64,000 nt of DNA from a bacterium (GTDB lineage Bacteria > Zhuqueibacterota > Zhuqueibacteria > Zhuqueibacterales > Zhuqueibacteraceae). Position 1 is the first letter of the stretch, and every line of letters begins with the position of its first letter. Positions 58,001 through 64,000 of this stretch are shown here, piece by piece. Below the pieces are notes generated by a model. It was not told the DNA's origin and ran no database searches. It saw only the letters and a list, made by a program, of their open reading frames with translations. Location: contig JBIOXB010000217.1 in NCBI GenBank assembly GCA_044869275.1, positions 10,095-74,094 of the forward strand. Direction: 5' to 3'. The translations under genes were made by a program, and so were the position numbers.

Positions 58001-58984
58001 GAAGCCTATCAAGAGAAACCGAATGGGCCCTATGCGAAAGAGGCGCTAAAGAAATTCATCATCTGTCTGTACAAAACCAAAAATGGCAGCCAGGCTGAAA
58101 CCGAAAGTAAGAAATTCGAAGAGACATTCAAAAACGAGCGCGACAGCATCGCCGAACTGCAATATGCCGCCGGCGAAGCCGCACTGGACAACAAGGATTT
58201 TGCCAACGCCGAGCGCATTTTCAAAAAACTCAGAGATTATCGCGACACGCCTTCGGGCATTTTGGGCGAATATGGCCTGGCGAAAACGCTGCTCATTCAA
58301 ACCAAAACTGAAGAAGCGCTGGAAATTTTGACCGGCATCCCCAAGCGCTATCCCAATCATCCTTTCCTCCCCACCGTCTATTTGGGCCTCGGCGATTTCT
58401 ATCAGGCGCAGCAGCAGTGGGACAATGCCATCGCCTCCTTCAGCAAAGTCGTGCAAGATTCCGCGTTCGACAATAATTATCGGATCGCCGTGCGCTCGCT
58501 GATCGATGTTTACGATCGCATCAATCTCAAAGACCGGGCCCTGGCTTTGGCGCGCCATTATACCATGCGCTTTCCCGACGACCCGAAAACTCTCGATTTG
58601 CAAATCAAAACTGGCCTGCTGCTGATCGATCTGGCGCAATATGACGATGCGATTGCCCTGTTGCGCCGCCTCAAGCCCTTTGCCGATGCCGCGGCCGAGC
58701 CCGAGATTCAATATTACATCGGCAAATCGCACATGAACGCCGGGCGCTTCGAGCTCGCGATTTCCGAGTTGCTGCGCGTCAAATTTTTTTCGAAGCCCGC
58801 GAAACTGCCCTGGGACGTGATTGCCTTATACGATTCAGCACTCTGCTATATGCGCCTGCACAATTGCCCCATGGCACGCAAGCTGTTCCAACAAATCGTG
58901 CGCGAACAAGGCACTGCCAGCGAATTCGGCCGCTTTGCGAATGCGAAGGTCGCGGAGCTGGGCACCTGCCAGGAGGCGAATTGA
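55076..58984 (+). CDS. giant tetratricopeptide-repeat protein, probably exported (true start uncertain, perhaps about 55343)
   Basis: Many BamD/YbgF-like repeats (..YP.S....A...L); hydrophobic segment near the N-terminus. Confidence 0.85.
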   Translation: MAISGLFKLSGHFCACRNNLAILMRFSCECAGAFFLSCWRNLPVHWAQRQRELHVQHTGRLQRQEPQQSWLLPRWYSPYTYAVVLGFVIMGLLFSARPCRAQTSPATDDFTYAQKLFKEGYFELCLAQLEAFRLRYPEAQEIAESWSMTGDANLALRRYDAAASAFRTFEVRHPFHPNVAAARFKLAESLQAGEKLAEAADAFERVVAYHPRGENAPQAQYQAAALWHQLGEAQKARSDLYSLLENYPQSPQHLPTQLLLVESFLAGGEPARALQEADRLFRSFPQPQLNAPAYFIRGRAQEQVGQLQLAEESYLELLKKFPKSEWTSAAHARLGELQFARGDLAAATAALEKAAADTSNQSAKNHFALRAAEMMLSAGKIDAAAATLQKIEPVKTDSVNNLTYYFTRGQIEAQQGNFSEAAEAYQRATALTIPTERKSDRAKAQPAYLRQRSFWRGAQAQFDGKNSEAALKLCQQYRREYPQGQFRDALLLLEARVQQEGRGDLTQAQRLYDELLDTFPRSPYVDEAQFELAKIYAAAGESKIARWQWQRFLQLYPASEWAEAARAQVRLLAEFTPAEAPGSMAQISETLMKMQAGTPREEVLLSLARLHFARHEFEMALHYSRPLANSEPESDLQHEAQYLMGASYYALGEAERLRGGEMRAWRDSAGVVLQSLAHSSPNAELSTAAGILLARMAFEPPPEATAMALARADSALQQHGDHPDLDGLRLWSAMARKLLAAPQDTAAHRLALQGLQQVAARDSSVHRNQARLQLAAWQWQRGDSAQAQRSLAQLEAAKIIDASQAQGQLLKARWLAAQKKYDEALTGLKTMRERYFYSVYADSAQSLMLRLFILSGRTTEALQTLEADAELATNLNDGVDLTRANLLEAQGNYPQAIQFYLRFLETQPQAPEAAAALLSAARLTYRAGALQLASGYYEECLRRFPNTDYSHEARFRLAEIQFDHNDFVNARPLFLEAYQEKPNGPYAKEALKKFIICLYKTKNGSQAETESKKFEETFKNERDSIAELQYAAGEAALDNKDFANAERIFKKLRDYRDTPSGILGEYGLAKTLLIQTKTEEALEILTGIPKRYPNHPFLPTVYLGLGDFYQAQQQWDNAIASFSKVVQDSAFDNNYRIAVRSLIDVYDRINLKDRALALARHYTMRFPDDPKTLDLQIKTGLLLIDLAQYDDAIALLRRLKPFADAAAEPEIQYYIGKSHMNAGRFELAISELLRVKFFSKPAKLPWDVIALYDSALCYMRLHNCPMARKLFQQIVREQGTASEFGRFANAKVAELGTCQEAN

Positions 58985-59036
58985 GGGGAATAAATATCAC
59001 CCTGCTGCGTATTTTCATCAGAAGCCAAACGTCACA

Positions 59037-59639
59037 ATGTCTTCGTTCTCAAAAAATGGGCGGCTCGAGGCGGCTCCGCCCGATCAGGAAGATCGCGCGT
59101 TGATCGCCGCAGTTTTGCGTGGCGAGCAACAGGCCTTTGCGCCGCTGGTGCGGAAATACCAGCGTCAGCTCTATGCGGCGGTGCGGCGTTTGGTGCGGCA
59201 GCATGAAGATGCCGACGATCTCGTGCAAGAATGCTTCGTGCGCGCCTACCAACACTTGCACGAGTTCGACCTGAATCGCTCGTTTTATCCCTGGCTGTAT
59301 CGCATCGGTATCAACCTGGCCATCAGTTTCATGCGCAAGCGCAAATGGCATTCGGCGGTGGATAGCGTCGATATTTTCCCGACGGCGGAAGGAAATCCCG
59401 CAGCAATTTCTGAAACGCAGGAGTTTTATCAGGCTTTGGAAAATGCCATTGCCCGGCTGCCGGCAGAGCAGCGCTCCATTCTGCTGTTGCGCACGCGGGA
59501 GGACATGAGCTATCAGGAAATGAGCGAAATCCTGGGCATCGAAATCGGCACGGTGATGTCGCGGCTGGCGCGCGCACGCGAAAAGCTGCGCGCCTGGATG
59601 CGTCCGCATTTGAAAGCACGCGCCGAAAAAATTAAATGA
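59037..59639 (+). CDS. ECF RNA polymerase sigma factor
   Basis: DADDLVQECF, F..WLYRI..N, region 4 SYQEMSEILG..IGTVMSRL.RAR. Confidence 0.93.
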   Translation: MSSFSKNGRLEAAPPDQEDRALIAAVLRGEQQAFAPLVRKYQRQLYAAVRRLVRQHEDADDLVQECFVRAYQHLHEFDLNRSFYPWLYRIGINLAISFMRKRKWHSAVDSVDIFPTAEGNPAAISETQEFYQALENAIARLPAEQRSILLLRTREDMSYQEMSEILGIEIGTVMSRLARAREKLRAWMRPHLKARAEKIK

Positions 59640-59751
59640 GCGTTAGCAGATTTTCTTACAGCAGTCGAACCAGCGCGCCGGCCTCTCCGCCGGGCATCCG
59701 GCCAGGGATGCCCCAGGGTGAGGTCGAACGCCTTCTGGCTCAGCTTCAGAC

Positions 59752-61011
59752 ATGAATAGAAAGAATCAAAACCAGATTGATTGCGGCACTGCCCTCGAAT
59801 GGATTCATCTTTCGCTGGATCAAGAACTGCCGCAGCTCGATCACCAAAAATTGCAGTCGCATCTGCAGAATTGCAAAGACTGCAGCGCCGCGCAGCGCGA
59901 ATTGAGCTTGCTTGAAAACGCGCACGCCGAGCTGGACAAGCCCATCGCCGCCGTTCCCGCCAGTTATTTCGAGGCATTGCCCGAGCGCGTGCTGGCGCGC
60001 ATTGCCAAGGCGGAAGCGCGGCGGGGGCGCGCGTTTTCATTGCCCAAGCCGCAATTGCCGAAATGGCGAACGCCGGGCTGGCTGCATGCATTGATCTTCG
60101 GCCGTGGCAAATACGCGCTTGCTTTCGCGGCGGTGGCGTTATTGGCTTTCATCATCACGAGCCGGTTGCGCCAAACCCCTTCAAGTGAAACGGTGCTGCT
60201 CGAACCCTCAGCGGCAGCGCCCCCGCCTACGGTTGTCGAAAAGCCGTCCGTCGCGGCGCCTCCAACCGGAGCGCAAGCTCGCCGTGATTTTGCCGAAGCT
60301 GAAAAAACGCCGGCGCCAAGTGAGGCTGAAACACAGGCCGCGGCGCGCCAACATCTCGCAAAACTAACCACGCTTCAGGCTGCGGATGAAGCGCGTGCAA
60401 ACATGGCCGGGGGAGAAAATGAGGCGATCGTTTCAGAACAAGAAAGAGGTGAACAAAAAGATAATGCCGCCATGACGCTTGCGCCAACGACTACCTCAGA
60501 GCTTAATCGCGTTGCCTTCGAGGATTCGGGCAGCCGGACGGCCTACTCCTTAGACGCTGTCCAGAGAGCGGATGTGGTTTCTCCCCAAAGCGCCGCGGGT
60601 GCGGGTGCGGCAGCACGGTCTGCAGCAGAAATGTACATCCCTGCTAGCAATACGCCTGTGAAGATGAACTCGAAATCAGTGTACTCTCCGGCACCTGCCT
60701 CCGCGAGTGCTGCTCTCTTCACCAGAACGGCGCAGCAGGCAGCCAGTGCCCCGTCCGAACCGCAACGGCGCAAAATCTGGCAGGGATTTCTCAGCACCAA
60801 TCCGGATTCCGTGCATTACTATTTTGCCGTCACGGAAATCGGCCGCAGCTTTGCGGCTGAGATTGACAGCACCACGAGGCGCGCGGGCGTGGAAGAAGCG
60901 TTGCAATTTTACAGCAAAATGAAAGCGGTACTGGCCTCACAACTGGGCCAGGAAGCCGTCGCCAATGAGCAGGCAAGATTGGAGGGCCTGTTGCGTTGGA
61001 AGGAAAAGTGA
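59752..61011 (+). CDS. zf-HC2 anti-sigma factor with TM helix and extracytoplasmic domain
   Basis: HLQNCKDC (HxxxCxxC), one TM segment, directly after the ECF sigma gene. Confidence 0.85.
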   Translation: MNRKNQNQIDCGTALEWIHLSLDQELPQLDHQKLQSHLQNCKDCSAAQRELSLLENAHAELDKPIAAVPASYFEALPERVLARIAKAEARRGRAFSLPKPQLPKWRTPGWLHALIFGRGKYALAFAAVALLAFIITSRLRQTPSSETVLLEPSAAAPPPTVVEKPSVAAPPTGAQARRDFAEAEKTPAPSEAETQAAARQHLAKLTTLQAADEARANMAGGENEAIVSEQERGEQKDNAAMTLAPTTTSELNRVAFEDSGSRTAYSLDAVQRADVVSPQSAAGAGAAARSAAEMYIPASNTPVKMNSKSVYSPAPASASAALFTRTAQQAASAPSEPQRRKIWQGFLSTNPDSVHYYFAVTEIGRSFAAEIDSTTRRAGVEEALQFYSKMKAVLASQLGQEAVANEQARLEGLLRWKEK

Positions 61012-61287
61012 AAGGAGCGCCGCACCTCATCTCGCACGCGGCAATGGTGTGGACAAAAGTGTAATGCTCATCGCCATTGCCCAAGCGCGATTTAGTGATT
61101 GAGATTCCAAAACTGTATCATTCTCGCAACTGTCAATTTCAATTCTGCACTTGAAACAATCGGGGACCTTCTCGCTTATTTAATGCCGTTTGGCGGCACA
61201 CTCCCACCCTTACTGCAATTCTTGAGGATACAATCTTTTAAGACGGTTTCACCATTTCTCTAAAAATCCCGTACACGAGTTCGCGCG

Positions 61288-61303
61288 CGGCACGCTGCTT
61301 GCA
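61288..61303 (+). promoter_or_regulatory. sigma54 -24/-12 promoter candidate
   Basis: CGGCACGCTGCTTGCA, one base from the TGGCACG-N4-TTGCW consensus. Confidence 0.6.
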
Positions 61304-61313
61304 ATAATAAAAG

Positions 61314-61563
61314 GCGAAGCACGAAAGTCACCGCAGGCCAGGAAGGTTGACGGCGACCATCAGCGTCCAGCTTGATAGCGGGAAACCGGTTCTTAATCGA
61401 ATTTCAATCCGAGAATTGGCCGAATAGGATTTTCCTCCACTTCTTAAGGCGCGACCGACTGGACGCATTTTTCATGCACACTCGCCGCGAAATGGCGATA
61501 GACATAAATGTGGCTCCCCCTCACAGCCAAGAGGCCTGGGTCGAAAGACTTGGGCCTTTTTTA
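61314..61563 (+). ncRNA. candidate sigma54-dependent small RNA (about 250 nt)
   Basis: Bounded by the sigma54 promoter and an intrinsic terminator; no convincing ORF inside. Confidence 0.35.
61532..61563 (+). terminator. intrinsic terminator
   Basis: AGGCCTGGGTC-GAAA-GACTTGGGCCT stem (with G-U pairs) followed by a T-tract. Confidence 0.75.
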
Positions 61564-61630
61564 TTGTTCACGGCAGTTTTCTTGACCACGATCTCTTCGG
61601 CGTATACCCGCAAAAATTTCACCCTTGCGG

Positions 61631-64000
61631 CTATGCCAAAGCCATGGCCTGCTCTCGGGACGGTGCCTGTGGTGGCGCGAGGCGCACCGGCTCAGGCTCA
61701 TCTTGCATGACGGTCACGCGTAACGCGTGCAATCCGTGCATGCCCTGGAGATCTTCCAGCTCAAAATCCTCGAGCTGCGGCAACAAGTATCCGGAGGCTT
61801 GCAGGTATGCGACATACTCGCGATACTCCCCGCCCTCCTTGGGCTGGGAATACACGATGGCGATTTTGCCCGGCTGGGTGAGGCGCTCTTGCGTGCCTTT
61901 GATCACGGCTTTGTCGATGCGCTTCTTCATGATTTCGTAGCGCACATTATAAGCGCCGTCCACGTCAAATTTCTTTTCATCATAACGGAAACGAATCGAA
62001 AGCGGGATATTCTGCACCAGAATGAGATGCGCCATTTCCAGCGGCACCGGGAGCTGGCTTTTGACGTGCTCGAGGCGCCGCGCCACGCCACACATCATCT
62101 GCAATTGCCACAAACGCAGGTTGCGCAAATACAGCGTATCGAATTTTCCGTCTTCCACCAAAGCGGCACCGATGTACATGCCGTGCTCCACGCCGTCGCT
62201 TTTGTACTTTTCAAAGTAATGCGGAAACATCTTCTGCGCGAGCTCCTGCTGCTCATCGATGTATTGCGAAACGGTCTCATTGAGCTGCATCACACTCAGG
62301 TCGAAATCCTTGCGGCGGCGATAAATCACCCCGTGCTGCGGATCGATCGCAGCGCGGTAGGCTTCGATCTGGCCGCGCACGTCCTTGCCAAACTGCTGCA
62401 ACTGTTCAAAAAAAGGCTGGATTTCCCGGTGCAGGAAATCCAGCACCGTGGATTCATCGCCGCTGCTGAGGCCGTCTTCCAGTCGCGCGATTCGGCGGTC
62501 TAAATCAAAATCGAGCTTTGACAAGAAAGGCAGTTGTTTGTGCTGCGCGGCCGTTCTGACGATTTGTTGCGCGGCGCGCAGTTGTTCCAACAAATCTGCA
62601 CGAATAGCATCATTGCGGCGCGCGGAAGAGCCGCGGATGTCGGAAACACCAAAAAGCGGAAAGACCTCCTTGAAGACGATGCTTTCCATTTCTGCCATCA
62701 CGTTCGCTTGCTGGTGCTGCAGATAGTTCATCGCCGCGCGCCGGAACTTCCACTCCACGGCGGGGTGGATGGCCGTGCATTGATTTTTGATCACGGCTTC
62801 GACGCGATCGTTCAACTCGTCCAGGCTGCGCTTGATGGCGAGACCGAGAAGACTGAAGACCTCGCGCAGTCTGAAAATATTGACGGCATTGAGGTCCCCG
62901 GGATTGGGCGACCCCAGTTCCAACACCCCGACCATTTGTTGGTCATGATACAGCGGCGCAATGAATATGTTCTTTATGCCCTGCTGCAGAATTTCATCTT
63001 CCACCTGCGTGCGGGCGGGATGAGCCGCGAGATCCTCGACGATAACGTGCTCGCCTTGCCTCATCGCACGCTCATAAACGGAGCCGGCATAGGAAGAACA
63101 CTTGTGGCGGCAGCGATCGCCCAAAATGAAGCTTTGGCCGATTTTGCGCCCCTGTTGCTGCAAGAGATTGGTGGCGCCGGGAATGCCCGCGAGGCCCAGC
63201 AGCAAGTCCGGCCGCTGCAGCAACGCGCGCAGTTTTTCCTGCAAACGCTGAAATTTGAGCGCTGAGATGAGCGCGTCCTTTTCCAGCAAATCGTTCTTGA
63301 GGGACGAAAGGATTTCGTGATCGGAGATATCCACGGCATTGAAAACCGCAAAGCCGTGAAACTCGAAAATCTCCGGCGGCAGGAGTTTCGTCCAAATCTC
63401 CAGGTTGCGCGGATTCGCCAGCAACAGGTGCTTATCCTCGGTCGATAACGGCGGCAGCGGCTGCACATGCTTGACGTCGATGAAACGCGCGTCGATGTGC
63501 AGACGGTGATAGCGCGGCAGCATGGTGGCGGGATCGTAACACGTCAGAATAATCGGATACTCAAACCCGGTTTCAGTGCCATAAAATTTTCTGAGAATAT
63601 AGGAATAGGCGTTCAAGATTTTGCCCAGGACCAGGAGCTCCGCCTCGAGACTCACGCCGGCGCCGAAGCCACCGTCTTTGAGAATTTCCATTTGTATGAA
63701 CTTGGGCGTGGCGTAAAATGACCGCATCTGGAAAGGAACGATGGCGGCACTGCATACCTCTTGCCAAGAAGCCGGAGGGACAACCAGACTCATGAGCTGG
63801 TGGACGAGACGGTTATGCTTTTCGATAATTTGCAGATCGTCGATCGGCCCGGCCAATTCCGGCGCCTTCCTCAGCTCCTCACGCATTCTCTGGGCAGCGG
63901 CAACTTTGAGGGGATCACCGTCCTGATCGTATTGGTTCCAATACTCAATCAGCGGTTTTAAGGTCAAAAAAGTTCTAAAGGGAAAAGACGGCGAATGCTC
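61631..64000 (-). CDS. large GAF-domain protein, 5'-truncated by the window edge
   Basis: GAF motif IVEDL...GIKNIFIAPL....VGVLELGS; frame stays open from 63967 to the window end (EHSPSFPFRTFL). Confidence 0.8.
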   Translation of the reverse strand, partial: EHSPSFPFRTFLTLKPLIEYWNQYDQDGDPLKVAAAQRMREELRKAPELAGPIDDLQIIEKHNRLVHQLMSLVVPPASWQEVCSAAIVPFQMRSFYATPKFIQMEILKDGGFGAGVSLEAELLVLGKILNAYSYILRKFYGTETGFEYPIILTCYDPATMLPRYHRLHIDARFIDVKHVQPLPPLSTEDKHLLLANPRNLEIWTKLLPPEIFEFHGFAVFNAVDISDHEILSSLKNDLLEKDALISALKFQRLQEKLRALLQRPDLLLGLAGIPGATNLLQQQGRKIGQSFILGDRCRHKCSSYAGSVYERAMRQGEHVIVEDLAAHPARTQVEDEILQQGIKNIFIAPLYHDQQMVGVLELGSPNPGDLNAVNIFRLREVFSLLGLAIKRSLDELNDRVEAVIKNQCTAIHPAVEWKFRRAAMNYLQHQQANVMAEMESIVFKEVFPLFGVSDIRGSSARRNDAIRADLLEQLRAAQQIVRTAAQHKQLPFLSKLDFDLDRRIARLEDGLSSGDESTVLDFLHREIQPFFEQLQQFGKDVRGQIEAYRAAIDPQHGVIYRRRKDFDLSVMQLNETVSQYIDEQQELAQKMFPHYFEKYKSDGVEHGMYIGAALVEDGKFDTLYLRNLRLWQLQMMCGVARRLEHVKSQLPVPLEMAHLILVQNIPLSIRFRYDEKKFDVDGAYNVRYEIMKKRIDKAVIKGTQERLTQPGKIAIVYSQPKEGGEYREYVAYLQASGYLLPQLEDFELEDLQGMHGLHALRVTVMQDEPEPVRLAPPQAPSREQAMALA

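Noticed and set aside
61330..61355. SRP RNA or c-di-GMP riboswitch motif (CAGGCCAGGAAGG)
   Set aside because: The AGCAG half of the SRP loop and the riboswitch consensus elements are missing
61372..61710. 112-aa plus-strand ORF
   Set aside because: Runs through the terminator and into the convergent gene; no motif

Overview
Bacterial genomic window, moderately GC-rich, from a diderm (it encodes outer-membrane beta-barrel and TPR proteins); taxonomy cannot be fixed from sequence alone. The centre (about 6.0-42.5 kb, almost all on the minus strand) is an apparently complete phage-tail-like contractile injection system of the eCIS/Afp/PVC class. In order it encodes a sigma54 activator, sheath, tube, hub chaperone, DUF4255/Pvc16 cap, AAA+ ATPase, CIS tube/LysM, split VgrG (gp27+gp5), PAAR-like tip, gp25, two gpJ-like baseplates, a wedge protein and two DUF6519 fibre-type proteins. 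No capsid, terminase, integrase or recognisable lysis genes are present. Its most unusual parts are: (i) a 1769-aa DUF4157 protein ending in an AT-rich R-S-E ADP-ribosyltransferase-like tip, followed by an AT-rich HEAT-repeat gene (candidate polymorphic toxin/immunity pair); (ii) three same-orientation copies of the first ~100 nt of the fibre gene, bracketing an inverted MNT/HEPN module, which looks like a record of serial cassette acquisition; (iii) a cap gene separated from four Ig-like repeats by a single extra G; (iv) a readable sigma54 control region (atypical receiver activator, tandem palindromes, -24/-12 promoter); (v) heptamer/octamer repeat tracts. The flanks carry aroB, two barrel-TPR paralogues, a maltodextrin ABC/GH13 cluster with nth, mltG, pcrA/uvrD (probable CTG start), a giant TPR protein, an ECF sigma/anti-sigma pair, a candidate sigma54-dependent sRNA and a partial GAF protein. 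All family assignments come from motif recognition by eye, not from database searches.
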